Source: Acidimicrobiia bacterium (GTDB lineage Bacteria > Actinomycetota > Acidimicrobiia > Spongiisociales > ZC4RG35). Taken from it: a DNA stretch of 64,000 nucleotides. The stretch covers positions 2,287 to 66,286 of the forward strand of contig JAWOJB010000054.1 in the NCBI GenBank assembly GCA_046484325.1. Reading direction: 5' to 3'. The position numbers and the translations under genes are program-made. Each line of letters starts with the position of its first letter. The first letter of the stretch is position 1. Below the pieces are notes generated by a model. That model saw only the letters and a program-made list of their open reading frames with translations. It was not told the origin of the DNA and did no database searches. Below are positions 36,482 to 46,498 of the stretch, piece after piece.

Positions 36482-37705
36482 ATGCGACCCCGGATGGCCT
36501 GGTTGGCGTTCGCCCTGCTGGCGACCGGTTGTGGTTCGTCGGGGGCGGTCGAGGCGGTCGTGACGACCACGACGAGCGCCACGACGACCATCCCCACCAC
36601 GACGAGCACCACGACCTCCACCACGATCACCCTCCCGGCGACGACCACCTCTACATCGACCACGACGACCACGACCCTCGTCCCCGAGGACGGTCGCACC
36701 GCAGCCGAGCGGACACTGACCGAGGTCGCCGTGATCACCGGTGACATCGCTCCGAAGTCGATCGTCGCCTCAGGGGACGGGCTGTACGTCGCCCAGAACA
36801 TGATGTACCGGCACACCGTGACGGTGTACGACCGCAACTTCGAGCTCGTGGGGACGATCTCGGACACCGTCGTTCTGTCCGACTTCGGCCATGAGGGGTT
36901 CGAGGGCGAGTACCGGGGGGCGCCGGTCGAGGCGGCCTTCACCTCCGGTGGTGAGCACGTGTACGTGTCGAACTACGAGATGTACGGACCCGGCCTCCGG
37001 GGTGGGGCGGGGGACCGCTGCTCCCCCGGTCAGTGGCCGGACTCGTTCGTCTACCGGATCGACACCGGGAGGCTGGCGATCGACCAGGTGATCGCGGTCG
37101 GCTCGGTCCCCAAGTTCCTGGCAGTGACTCCCGACGACCGTCTCATCCTCGTGAGCAACTGGTGCTCGTACGACCTGTCGGTGATCGACGTGGAGACGGC
37201 AACCGAGACCGCCCGGGTCGAGATCGGTCGCTACCCGCGCGGGATCGCCGTCGCCCCCGACTCGTCGACCGCCTACATCGCCGTGATGGGCTCGAACCGG
37301 GTGAAGGTGCTCGATCTCGACAGCCTGGAGATCGTGGGCGAGGTCGTGGTCGGTACCTCCCCCCGTCACCTCGTGCTCTCACCCGATGGCGCCTTGCTGT
37401 ACGCGAGTCTCAACGGCGAGGGGCGCCTCGCCAAGGTCGACCTCTCCACCGGCGACGTGATCGGAAGGGTGGCGACCGGCGACGCCCCTCGCAGCATGGC
37501 GATCTCCGACGACGGCACCGCGCTCTACGTCGTCAACTACCGCTCAGGGACGGTCAGCAAGGTCCGAACCGGCGACATGACCGAGATCCAGGAGGTCCGG
37601 GCCGGGTACCACCCGATCGGCATCACCTACGACCCGGCCAACCGCCAGGTGTGGGTGTCCAACTACGGCGGCACGATCCAGGTGTTTGACGACCGATCGG
37701 ACTGA
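36482..37705 (+). CDS. YVTN-family beta-propeller lipoprotein with a long poly-Thr linker
   Basis: Lipobox LLATGC. About 45-aa Thr/Ser linker. Repeated blades PRGIAVAPDSSTAYIA, PRHLVLSPDGALLYAS, PRSMAISDDGTALYVV, HPIGITYDPANRQVWV. Confidence 0.85.
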   Translation: MRPRMAWLAFALLATGCGSSGAVEAVVTTTTSATTTIPTTTSTTTSTTITLPATTTSTSTTTTTTLVPEDGRTAAERTLTEVAVITGDIAPKSIVASGDGLYVAQNMMYRHTVTVYDRNFELVGTISDTVVLSDFGHEGFEGEYRGAPVEAAFTSGGEHVYVSNYEMYGPGLRGGAGDRCSPGQWPDSFVYRIDTGRLAIDQVIAVGSVPKFLAVTPDDRLILVSNWCSYDLSVIDVETATETARVEIGRYPRGIAVAPDSSTAYIAVMGSNRVKVLDLDSLEIVGEVVVGTSPRHLVLSPDGALLYASLNGEGRLAKVDLSTGDVIGRVATGDAPRSMAISDDGTALYVVNYRSGTVSKVRTGDMTEIQEVRAGYHPIGITYDPANRQVWVSNYGGTIQVFDDRSD

Positions 37706-37738
37706 GCCCGCAGGGCGCAGCATCCCTATCCTCGTCGT

Positions 37739-38968
37739 ATGACGACGCGGGCCGAGTGCGAGGAGCGGGACGCCGCCGACCATCTCGCCCACCTCCGGAA
37801 CCGGTTCCTGCTGCCGCCCGGTGTGATCTACCTGGACGGCAACTCGCTCGGTGCCCTTCCCGCCGGGGTCCCCGGCCGCATCCGGAGACTGGTCGAGGAG
37901 GAGTGGGGGACGGGTCTGATCCGGTCCTGGAACGACGCCGGGTGGGTCGACCTCCCGCGCCGGGTCGGCGACCGGATCGCCGGTCTCGTCGGCGCCCGCT
38001 CGGGAACCGTGGTCGCCTGCGACTCCACGTCGGTCAACCTGTTCAAGGCCGTCGAGGCGGCGCTCGCACTCGCCCCCGAGCGCCCGGTGATCCTCACCGA
38101 CTCCGGCAACTTCCCGACGGACCTCTACGTCATGGCGGGGGTGGCGGCCCGGCACGGGATCGAGGTGCGCATCCGTCCAGCCGACGAGGTGGCCGCCGCC
38201 ATCGATCGGGACGTGGCGGTGGTCGCCCTCACCCAGGTCGACTACCGGACCGGCCGGCTCCACGACCTCCCGGCGATCACCGCCGCCACCCATGCCGCCG
38301 GCGCCATCTCGGTCTGGGATCTGGCCCATTCGGCCGGAGTGATGCCGATCGACCTCGAGGCCGCCGCCGTGGACCTGGCGGTGGGGTGTGGCTACAAGTA
38401 CCTGAACGGCGGTCCCGGGGCTCCGGCCTTCCTCTACGTCGCACCTCGCCATCAGGACCGTTTCCGCAACCCGATCCAGGGCTGGTTCGGGCACGCCGCC
38501 CCTTTCGAGTTTCGGCTCGAATTCGAGGCGGCTCCCGGCGTCGATCGGGTTCGGGTGGGCACCCCCCACGTGCTGTCGCTCGCCGCCCTCGACGCCGCGC
38601 TCGACGTCTTCGACGGTGTCGACCTGGTGGCGGTGCGCGCCAAATCCGTGGCTCTCACCGAGTTGTTCCTGGCACTGGTCGACGAGCGGCTCGACGGCAC
38701 AGGATTCGGCGTTGCGTCACCCCGCGAGCCCTCTCGACGCGGCAGCCAGGTGTCGCTCGGGCACCCGGCCGGCTACGCGGTCGTCCAGGCCCTGATCGAC
38801 CGGGGGGTGATCGGCGACTTCCGGTCGCCCGACCTCTGCCGGTTCGGCTTCTCACCGCTGTACGGCCGGTTTGTCGACGTCTGGGACGCCGTCGATCGCC
38901 TGGCGGACGTCATGGCGATGGGGTCGTGGAAGGATGGGAGGAACCGGGTACGGGCTGCCGTGACCTGA
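37739..38968 (+). CDS. kynU: Kynureninase
   Basis: IYLDGNSLGALP, WDLAHSAG and PLP-lysine region GCGYKYLNGGPGAP. Confidence 0.88.
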   Translation: MTTRAECEERDAADHLAHLRNRFLLPPGVIYLDGNSLGALPAGVPGRIRRLVEEEWGTGLIRSWNDAGWVDLPRRVGDRIAGLVGARSGTVVACDSTSVNLFKAVEAALALAPERPVILTDSGNFPTDLYVMAGVAARHGIEVRIRPADEVAAAIDRDVAVVALTQVDYRTGRLHDLPAITAATHAAGAISVWDLAHSAGVMPIDLEAAAVDLAVGCGYKYLNGGPGAPAFLYVAPRHQDRFRNPIQGWFGHAAPFEFRLEFEAAPGVDRVRVGTPHVLSLAALDAALDVFDGVDLVAVRAKSVALTELFLALVDERLDGTGFGVASPREPSRRGSQVSLGHPAGYAVVQALIDRGVIGDFRSPDLCRFGFSPLYGRFVDVWDAVDRLADVMAMGSWKDGRNRVRAAVT

Positions 38969-39056
38969 GGCGAATGGCTGCCCTTGGACCCTACCGAGGG
39001 ATGGCGGGGAGGGATGGCATGAGCACCGAGTGGACCGTGACACGGCGATCGGGCAG

Positions 39057-39815
39057 ATGACACGAAGCGGCACCGGAGCGGATGCCGCCGGTGGCCGGGG
39101 CCAGCTGTGGCTCGACTGGGTGAAGGCCAACGCCGTCGGGGAGTGGCTCGGGCTCGGCGGTGCGGCCCTCATCGGCTGGCTCGCCCTGCGCTGGCTCGAG
39201 AGCGTGTTCGACGTGGCGATGGCGGTCGTCCTCTCGTCGTTCGTCTTCGGGCTGGTCGAGGGCAGCATCCTGGGCTGGTTCCAGCATCGTGTCCTCGTGC
39301 GGCCGCTGCCCTTCCTGACCCGGGGCGGCTGGATCGCGGCCACGGTCGTCGGCGGGACCATTGCCTGGCTGGTGGCATCGACGATCGTGACCATCGGGGG
39401 TGCCGGCGCCGCCGGAGTGGTTGAGCCTTCTCCAACCATGCAGGTGGCGCTGGCCGCCGCCCTCGGGCTGGCCGCCGGGCCCGTCCTCGGCGTTCCCCAG
39501 GCGCTCGTGTTCCGGACCTGGTTGGGCGGTCGGGCCTGGCATTGGGTGTGGGCAAACGCGTTGGCGTGGGCGGTGGCGATGCCGGTGGTGTTCATCGGAG
39601 CGGGCCTGCCCGGCGAGGGGGCCGGGTTCCTGCCGCTGGCAGCAGCCGTGTCGGTCACACTGCTCGCCGCCGGGGCGATTGCCGGCGCGATCCACGGGGC
39701 GGTGATGGTGTGGTTGCTGGGCGCGCGGCTCGAGCAGAGTGCCTATCCTCACGTGGTTCTCGACGAGCTGTCGAATCTCGACACCCAGTGGCAGGAACTG
39801 GGGGAGGACGAGTGA
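39057..39815 (+). CDS. Polytopic membrane protein with internal duplication, unknown function; first gene of the ABC-2 operon
   Basis: ORF 39030..39815. Two similar halves (ILGWFQHRVLVRP...GGWIAATVVGG and VLGVPQALVFRTW...WVWANALAWAV). Its stop overlaps the ATPase start (GTGA). Confidence 0.6.
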   Translation: MTRSGTGADAAGGRGQLWLDWVKANAVGEWLGLGGAALIGWLALRWLESVFDVAMAVVLSSFVFGLVEGSILGWFQHRVLVRPLPFLTRGGWIAATVVGGTIAWLVASTIVTIGGAGAAGVVEPSPTMQVALAAALGLAAGPVLGVPQALVFRTWLGGRAWHWVWANALAWAVAMPVVFIGAGLPGEGAGFLPLAAAVSVTLLAAGAIAGAIHGAVMVWLLGARLEQSAYPHVVLDELSNLDTQWQELGEDE

Positions 39816-40666
39816 CCGTCGCGATTCGGGTCGAGGATCTCGGGTTCACCTATCGAGGCGGTGTCCGGGCCGTCGACGGGGTCTCGTTCGAGGTCGCCGC
39901 CGGCGAGGTGCTCGGGTTGCTCGGCCCGAACGGGGCGGGCAAGTCGACCACCATCAAGATGCTCACGGGACAGTTGAACCCCGACGGGGGCTCGGTGGAG
40001 GTTCTCGGGCTCCCGCTCCCTGCCGAGCGGGAGCGGGCCCAGGCCCGGATGGGGGTCTGCTTCGAGGAGAAGAACCTCTACCTCCAGATGTCCGCCATCG
40101 AGAACCTGAGATTCTTCGCCAGGCTGTTTGGCCTCCGGGACTACGACCCCGAGCCGGTGCTCAGCCGGGTCGGTCTGTTCGACCGCCGCCACGATCGGGT
40201 CTCCGGCTACTCGAAGGGGATGCGGCAGCGCCTGATGGTCGCCCGGGCGCTCGTCAACACGCCCGACGTGCTGTTCCTCGACGAGCCGACGGACGGCCTC
40301 GACCCGGTGTCCGCCCGGGCGGTGCGGGCGATCGTGGTGGAGGAGGCTCGACGCGGTGCCGCCGTCGTGCTGACCACCCACGACATGCTGGAGGCCGACC
40401 AGCTATCGGATCGGGTGGCCTTCATCGACGAGGGCCGGATCCTCGCCCTCGACAGGCCCGAGCGGCTCAAGCTCGCCCACGGCAGCCGCGCCCTCCGGGT
40501 CCGGCTCGAAGGTGATCGGGAGGAGCTGATCCCGCTCGACGGGGAGGCGGCGGGCGAACGACTCGCCGCGCTCCTGGCCGGTGGCGACGTGCTCACGGTG
40601 CACACGGAGGAGGCCACGCTCGAGGACGTGTTCGTCCTCTTCGCGGGCCGCGGCCTGGCGGTATGA
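39812..40666 (+). CDS. ABC transporter ATP-binding protein (ABC-2/DrrA-like exporter)
   Basis: 3' part of ORF 39542..40666 from GTG 39812. Walker A GPNGAGKST, signature YSKGMRQRL, Walker B LFLDEP. Confidence 0.9.
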   Translation: MTVAIRVEDLGFTYRGGVRAVDGVSFEVAAGEVLGLLGPNGAGKSTTIKMLTGQLNPDGGSVEVLGLPLPAERERAQARMGVCFEEKNLYLQMSAIENLRFFARLFGLRDYDPEPVLSRVGLFDRRHDRVSGYSKGMRQRLMVARALVNTPDVLFLDEPTDGLDPVSARAVRAIVVEEARRGAAVVLTTHDMLEADQLSDRVAFIDEGRILALDRPERLKLAHGSRALRVRLEGDREELIPLDGEAAGERLAALLAGGDVLTVHTEEATLEDVFVLFAGRGLAV

Positions 40667-41751
40667 GCCGGGCGGGCGTGATCGGGGCGATCGTCGCCAA
40701 GGACCTGAAGGCTTTCTCACGCGACCGATTCCTCCTCGTCATGACCGCGCTCGGCCTCGTGTTCTACGTGGCCGTCTTCTGGGTGCTGCCCGACACCGTC
40801 GACGAGACGATCACGCTGGGAGTGGCGCCCGCCGCGGCCGGGGCCCTGCTGGAAGGGATCATCGATCAGGGGGACGGTGGGGTGGATCTGGTGGTCTTCG
40901 GGTCTGCCGGCGAGCTCCGGACGGCGGTGGAGTCGGGAGGGGCCGAGGTGGTGGCGGGAATGAGCTTCCCGCCCGACTTCCTCGAGGCGGTGGCGGCGGG
41001 GCGCGAGACGATGGTGACGGTGTTCGTGCGGGGCGATGCGCCCGAGGTGATCCAGGAGGCCATCGGTGGCATGGTGCGCGAGCTCGCCTACCTGGCGGCG
41101 GGGAGCCTGCCTCCCGTGACCTTCCCCGAGTCGGAGACGGTGGTGCTGGGACCGGATCGGGCGGGGGGTCAGGTGTCGATGCAGGAGCGGATGCGGCCCC
41201 TGTTCGCGTTCTTCGTGCTGCTCGTGGAGACGTTCGCCCTGGCCACCCTGGTCGCCTCCGAGATCCAGAGCCGGACCGCCACCGCCATCGTGGTCTCGCC
41301 GGCCCGGATCTCCGACTTCCTCGCCGCCAAGGGCCTGTTCGGCACCGGCCTGGCGTTCACCGAGGCGCTCCTGCTGATGGCGCTGCTCGGTGCCCTGGTC
41401 TCCAACGTCCCCACCATCCTCGTCGTGTTGCTGCTCGGCAGCGTGCTCGTCACCGGGTTCGGGCTGCTGGCCGGGGCGACCGGGAAGGATTTCGTCGGGA
41501 TTCTCTTCTGGAGCATGCTCTTCATGGTCCCGCTGTCGATCCCCGCCTTCGGGGTGCTGTTCCCCGGCTCGGCCTCGGGCCTGGTCCGCATCCTCCCCTC
41601 GTGGGGTCTGGTCGAGGGGATCCTGCTGTCAACCGCCTACGGGGTGCCGCTGTCGGGCCTCGGGACCGAGATGGCCGCCCTGACCGGTTGGGTGGTCGTG
41701 GTGTTCGCTGCGGGCTGGTGGACGCTGCGAAGGAGGGTGATGTCGCTATGA
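40663..41751 (+). CDS. ABC-2 type transporter permease
   Basis: ATGA overlap. N-terminal TM, large extracytoplasmic loop and a C-terminal bundle of TM helices. Confidence 0.8.
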   Translation: MSRAGVIGAIVAKDLKAFSRDRFLLVMTALGLVFYVAVFWVLPDTVDETITLGVAPAAAGALLEGIIDQGDGGVDLVVFGSAGELRTAVESGGAEVVAGMSFPPDFLEAVAAGRETMVTVFVRGDAPEVIQEAIGGMVRELAYLAAGSLPPVTFPESETVVLGPDRAGGQVSMQERMRPLFAFFVLLVETFALATLVASEIQSRTATAIVVSPARISDFLAAKGLFGTGLAFTEALLLMALLGALVSNVPTILVVLLLGSVLVTGFGLLAGATGKDFVGILFWSMLFMVPLSIPAFGVLFPGSASGLVRILPSWGLVEGILLSTAYGVPLSGLGTEMAALTGWVVVVFAAGWWTLRRRVMSL

Positions 41752-42869
41752 GACCGGCCAACGTCGGGCGCCTCCTGGCCAAGGACCTCCGGCTCGGCCC
41801 GCGGTCTCCGTTCTTCCTCTGGGCCTTCGTCCTGCCCGTCTTCATCACGCTCCTGGTCCAGGTGGTGTTCGGCGGCCTCTTCGATCCCGCCCCCCGCCTG
41901 GGGATCGTCGACCGGGGCGACTCCGCGATCGTCGACGAGGCGCTCGCACTGGGCGGGATCGAGGTCACCGTGCTCGGCGACGAGGAGATGCTCCTCGACA
42001 TGGTCGAGCGGAACGCCCTCGACGCCGGTCTGATCCTCGCCCCCGGGTTCGACGAGGCGGTGGTCGCCGGCCGCCGGCCACTGCTCGAGCTCTACGTGGG
42101 TGGGGAGAGCCTCGCCTCGAATCGCATCCTGATCGCGCTCACGGCCGTCGACCTGGTGCGTGGTGTCGCCGGAGAGCCTGCCCCCGTCGAGGTGGAGGTG
42201 GTGAGCCTGGGACAGGAGACGCTCGACCTCGCGGTGAGGTTGCTCCCATTCCTCGTGGTGTTCACCGTCGCGATCGCCGGGGCGATGGTGCCCGCCTCCT
42301 CGCTCGTCGACGAGAAGGAGCGCCACACGCTCGAGGCGCTGCTCACCACCCCGGTCACCATCGAGGACGTGTTCGTCGCCAAGGGCGCCCTCGGGGTCGG
42401 ACTCGGAGTGCTGACCGGGGTCATGACGCTCCTGCTGAACGGGGCGTTCGGCGGGGCGTGGGTGGCCACCATCCTGGCGCTGACCCTGGGTGGCCTCATG
42501 ATGGCGGAGTTCGGCCTCCTGCTCGGCGCCTGGGCGAGGGACAGCAACACGATGTTCGCAGCCTGGAAGGGCGGGGCGATCCTGCTCATCTTCCCGGTGA
42601 TCTTCCCGATCTTCCCGGATCTCCCCCAGTGGATCGCCCGCCTCGGTCCCACGTTCTACTTTCTCGACCCGATCTTCCGGATCTCCGTCGAGGGTGCCGG
42701 GCTCGCTCAGGTCCGGCTCGAGCTCCTGATCGCGACCGGGATCTGCATCGCCCTCGTGCCGGTGGTGGCCGCCATGGCCCGGCGGCTGGAGCGCACAATG
42801 GGGGAGGGTGCCGGCGTACCGCTCAGCCCCGCCACCGAGGAGGAGGAAGCCGAGCCGGTCGGGGTGTGA
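41748..42869 (+). CDS. ABC-2 type transporter permease (second subunit)
   Basis: 3' part of ORF 40581..42869 from ATG 41748 (ATGA overlap). Same architecture as the preceding permease. Confidence 0.8.
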   Translation: MRPANVGRLLAKDLRLGPRSPFFLWAFVLPVFITLLVQVVFGGLFDPAPRLGIVDRGDSAIVDEALALGGIEVTVLGDEEMLLDMVERNALDAGLILAPGFDEAVVAGRRPLLELYVGGESLASNRILIALTAVDLVRGVAGEPAPVEVEVVSLGQETLDLAVRLLPFLVVFTVAIAGAMVPASSLVDEKERHTLEALLTTPVTIEDVFVAKGALGVGLGVLTGVMTLLLNGAFGGAWVATILALTLGGLMMAEFGLLLGAWARDSNTMFAAWKGGAILLIFPVIFPIFPDLPQWIARLGPTFYFLDPIFRISVEGAGLAQVRLELLIATGICIALVPVVAAMARRLERTMGEGAGVPLSPATEEEEAEPVGV

Positions 42870-42895
42870 GGCATCCGCCGGTACGCTGACCCACC

Positions 42896-43849
42896 GTGAT
42901 GCTCCGAGTCATGGTCGCCGCCGTCCTGCCCTCCGTCCTCGCAGCTGCGTGCGGTGGCGGAGGCGGTTCCACGTTGACGATCTACACCTCGGTCACCCAG
43001 GACACGGTCGAATCGGTGGTCGCCGGGTTCTCCGAGGTCGAGCCCGGGGTGGAGGTGGTCGTGTTCCGGGCCCCCACCGGAGAGCTGGCCGCCCGCATCG
43101 CCGCCGAGCTCGCCTCCGGCGACCTTGGCGCCGACGTCCTCTGGCTCACCGAGCCGCTGTCGATGTACCGCTACCGGGAGCAGGGCCTGCTCCAGGTGTG
43201 GCAGCCTGCCGGGGCGGACGCGCTACCGCCCGAACTGGTCGAGGACGCCTTCTGGGGGACCCGACGGATGCACATGGTGGTGGTGACCGGATCCTCGCCA
43301 CCGGTCGAGGTCACCACCTGGGACGACGTCCGCAACCCCGATCTGCGCGTGGTTATCCCGGACCCGGGCCTCGCCGGCTCGGCCCTCGCCGTGCTCGGCT
43401 ACGTCGCCCTCACCCCCGGGTTGGGAATGGACTTCTACCGCGACCTCGCCGCCAACGGTGCTGGACAGGCCTCGGCTCCGGGCGACGTCGTCACCGCGGT
43501 CGCCGAGGGACGGTTCGACGCCGGGATCACGCTCGAGCAGCCCGCCCGGGTCGCCGCCGCCGCCGGATCCCCGCTCCGGATCGCCTGGCCTTCGCCGGGG
43601 GCGATCACGTTCGGCAGCCCGATCGCCGTGGTCGACGGCGCCGGTACGGCCGCCGAAGCCTTCGTCGAGTACGCGCTGTCCGAGGGGGGACAGACCCGGA
43701 TTGCCGCCACCGGATGGTTCCCGGCCCGGCGGGGGGTGGGCGGTCCCGAGCTGCCGCCCGGAGCAGACGAGGTGTTCCCCGACTGGGAGTCGCTGTCCGG
43801 CCAGGAGTCGGGCCTGCTCGACGAGTACCGGTCCATCTTCGACGGTTGA
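42896..43849 (+). CDS. ABC transporter substrate-binding lipoprotein, Fe(3+)/thiamine-type (AfuA/FbpA-like)
   Basis: Lipobox LAAACGG. TIYTSVTQDTVESVV...FRAPTGELAARI pattern typical of the COG1840 family. Confidence 0.75.
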   Translation: MMLRVMVAAVLPSVLAAACGGGGGSTLTIYTSVTQDTVESVVAGFSEVEPGVEVVVFRAPTGELAARIAAELASGDLGADVLWLTEPLSMYRYREQGLLQVWQPAGADALPPELVEDAFWGTRRMHMVVVTGSSPPVEVTTWDDVRNPDLRVVIPDPGLAGSALAVLGYVALTPGLGMDFYRDLAANGAGQASAPGDVVTAVAEGRFDAGITLEQPARVAAAAGSPLRIAWPSPGAITFGSPIAVVDGAGTAAEAFVEYALSEGGQTRIAATGWFPARRGVGGPELPPGADEVFPDWESLSGQESGLLDEYRSIFDG

Positions 43850-43850
43850 G

Positions 43851-45449
43851 GTGACCGCCCCAAGCCGTTTCCGGGCCGTGGCCGGGTGGATAGCGGTCGC
43901 CGCGTTCGTCGCGGTCCCGCTTCTGCGTCTCGCCGCCGGGGCGTCGGGCTCGGCGATCGGCGAGGTGGTCGCCGACCCCCGGACGGCGCAAGCGCTGGCC
44001 GGGAGCCTCCTGACATCGGCGCCCGCCGCCGTCCTCGCCACCTTCCTCGGCACCCTGTTCGCCTACGCCACCGAACGGATGGCCGTTCCCGGCCGGATGG
44101 TGCTCCGGTTGCTGGTGCTGGCACCGCTGATCATTCCCCCGTTCGTGTCGGCGATCTCGATCGAGCTGACCTACGGCCCGTTTGGGCTTCTCGACGCCCT
44201 CACCGGGGTGCGAGCCACCTGGATCGAGGGCCCGATCGGGGTGGCCCTGGTCATCGCCGTCAACGCGATGCCGCTCGCCTACCTCGCGGCGGTCGCCGCC
44301 CTGGCGTCCGGTTCGGAGGTCGAGGCCGAACGGGCTGGGCGGGTCTCGGGAGCCTCCGCCCTCCGGGTGTTCACGACCATCACACTGCCCATGCTCCGCC
44401 CGGCCGCCGCCGGTGGTGCCCTCCTCGCCTTCGTGTTCGGCCTCAACAGCTTCGGGGTGCCGATCGTCCTCGGCACGCCGGCGGGCTTCGACACCCTCAC
44501 GACCGAGGTGTACCGGGGGCTGGTGCGATCCGCCGACCCGGCCGCCTTCGACCGGGTGGTCGTGCTGGCCACGGTGCTCGCCGTGCTCGGACTCCTCACG
44601 GTGCTCCTGCTCGACCGGGCAGGCGGTACCGGCGTCCTCGCCGTTCGGGCCGGGCCGAGCGGCGGGGCCGTACCGGCGGCGCCCGCCAAGATGGCGGCGG
44701 CCGCCATCTGGGGGTGGTCGCTGCTGGTGGTGGTCATCCCGGTCGCCGGCCTCGTCGTGCGGTCGCTGGTGCCGGCCCCCGGCGTTCCGCCGGTCCCGGC
44801 CAACTGGTCGCTCGGCAACTTCGCCGGGCTGTTCGACACCCGGACCCTCTCGGCGCTCGGCCGCAGCACGGCGCTGGCGGCGATAGCAGCGGCGGGCGTG
44901 CTCGTGCTGGCGGGGATCGGGGTGGCCGAGGGTCGGGTGGGCCGCCGGGGGATCGGCATCGCCGGAGCCCTCGGCTATGCCGTGCCGGGGTCGGCGCTGG
45001 CGGTGGCCGTGTTGCTCGCCTATCGAGTGCCGCTCGCAGACACGCTGGCCATCATTCTCGTCGCCTACCTGGCCAAGTTCTGGGCTCTCGGGCACCGTTC
45101 GCTGGCCGGGGCCGCCGTCCGTCTCGGTGACGACCCCCTCCGAGCGGCCAGAGCATCGGGCGCCTCCGGATTCACCCTGATCCGGACGGTGGTCGTGCCG
45201 TCACTAGCCCCTGCCCTCGTCGCCGCCGGCCTGCTCGTGTTCCTGTTCGGACTCCACGAGTTGACGATGTCGAGCCTGCTCCGCGGCCCGGGGACCGATA
45301 CCCTCGCCGTCGTCGTGCTCGACGTACAGCAACTCGGCGACGCCGGCCGGACCTCGGCCCTCGCCGTCGTCCTCACCTTGCTCGTCGTGGCGGCCTCGGT
45401 GCCGCTGGTGGCCGCCCGTAGGTCGTGGCGCCGGGTGACGGGGACGTGA
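43851..45449 (+). CDS. Two-domain iron-type ABC transporter permease (FbpB/ThiP-like)
   Basis: 3' part of ORF 43458..45449 from GTG 43851. About 12 TM helices. Two EAA-like loops (EAERAGRVSGAS..., DPLRAARASGASG...). Confidence 0.8.
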   Translation: MTAPSRFRAVAGWIAVAAFVAVPLLRLAAGASGSAIGEVVADPRTAQALAGSLLTSAPAAVLATFLGTLFAYATERMAVPGRMVLRLLVLAPLIIPPFVSAISIELTYGPFGLLDALTGVRATWIEGPIGVALVIAVNAMPLAYLAAVAALASGSEVEAERAGRVSGASALRVFTTITLPMLRPAAAGGALLAFVFGLNSFGVPIVLGTPAGFDTLTTEVYRGLVRSADPAAFDRVVVLATVLAVLGLLTVLLLDRAGGTGVLAVRAGPSGGAVPAAPAKMAAAAIWGWSLLVVVIPVAGLVVRSLVPAPGVPPVPANWSLGNFAGLFDTRTLSALGRSTALAAIAAAGVLVLAGIGVAEGRVGRRGIGIAGALGYAVPGSALAVAVLLAYRVPLADTLAIILVAYLAKFWALGHRSLAGAAVRLGDDPLRAARASGASGFTLIRTVVVPSLAPALVAAGLLVFLFGLHELTMSSLLRGPGTDTLAVVVLDVQQLGDAGRTSALAVVLTLLVVAASVPLVAARRSWRRVTGT

Positions 45450-46498
45450 CGCCCGCCCTCCGGATGGCGGGGGTGAGGGCGGGATACGGACCGGTGGTCG
45501 TCCTCGACGACGTCGACCTCGAGGTGGCGCCCGCCGAGAGCGTGGTCATGCTCGGGCCGTCGGGATCCGGCAAGACCACGCTGCTCAACGTGGCATCCGG
45601 CTTCCTGGCGGTGGGCGCGGGCACGGTAGAGATCGGGGGCCGTGTGGTCGACGGGATGGGTGGGCGCCCGGTCGCACCCGAGGATCGCTCGATCGGCGTG
45701 GTGTTCCAGTCCCACGCCTTGTGGCCGCACCTGAGCGCCCTCGACACCGTCGCCTATCCGCTCCGGCGCGCCGGGCTCCCGGCTGCCGCCGCCCGGGCCC
45801 AGGCCGCCGAGTTGCTCGACCGGCTCGGCGTGGGTGACGCCCGTCACCGCCGCCCAGGTGAGCTCTCGGGCGGCCAGCAGCAGCGGGTGGGGGTCGCCCG
45901 GGCCCTCGCCCGTCGCCCCTCGTTGCTGCTGCTCGACGAGCCCACGGCCAATCTCGACGCCCCGCTGCGAGACGTGCTCCAGGACGAGCTCCGCATCCTG
46001 CGAGCCGAGGCCGGGGTGGCGGCGCTGTACGCCACCCACGATGCGGCAGAGGCATTGGCGGTGGCGGACCGCCTCGTCCTCATGAGGGATGGACGGATCG
46101 TGCAGGAGGGCTCGCCGGTCGACGTCTACGAGTGCCCGGTGGACGTGTGGGCAGCCCGGCTCACAGGCCCGGCCACGACCATGAAGGGCCGGGTCACCGG
46201 AGCGAGCCTGGTCATGGGCGAGATCACCGTGGCGCCCCGGGGGCTTCCGGATTCGGAGGGGGAGTGGGACGTGCTCGTCCGGCCCGAGTGGGCCGGGCTG
46301 GGCGGACCGCTGGCAGGCACGGTCGAGTCGGTCGCCTATCGGGGTGCCCACACCGACGTGCGCCTCGTCACCCCGGGGGGCGAGGTGCTCGTGCGGGCGC
46401 CGGGTCGGGCTCCCGCCCGACGGGGGGATCACCCGGGCTGGAGCCTCCATAGGGTGTGGCCGCTGGGCCGGGCGGCGACCCCGTTCCCCACGCCGTGA
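45446..46498 (+). CDS. ABC transporter ATP-binding protein (FbpC/PotA-like with C-terminal TOBE-like domain)
   Basis: GTGA overlap with the permease stop. [24 protein letters not shown]. Confidence 0.88.
   Translation: MTPALRMAGVRAGYGPVVVLDDVDLEVAPAESVVMLGPSGSGKTTLLNVASGFLAVGAGTVEIGGRVVDGMGGRPVAPEDRSIGVVFQSHALWPHLSALDTVAYPLRRAGLPAAAARAQAAELLDRLGVGDARHRRPGELSGGQQQRVGVARALARRPSLLLLDEPTANLDAPLRDVLQDELRILRAEAGVAALYATHDAAEALAVADRLVLMRDGRIVQEGSPVDVYECPVDVWAARLTGPATTMKGRVTGASLVMGEITVAPRGLPDSEGEWDVLVRPEWAGLGGPLAGTVESVAYRGAHTDVRLVTPGGEVLVRAPGRAPARRGDHPGWSLHRVWPLGRAATPFPTP

Noticed and set aside
38996-39018. Direct repeat GAGGGATGGC x2 upstream of the membrane protein gene at 39057
   Set aside because: It is a single short duplication with no further copies or symmetry, so it is likely chance or part of a ribosome-binding region.
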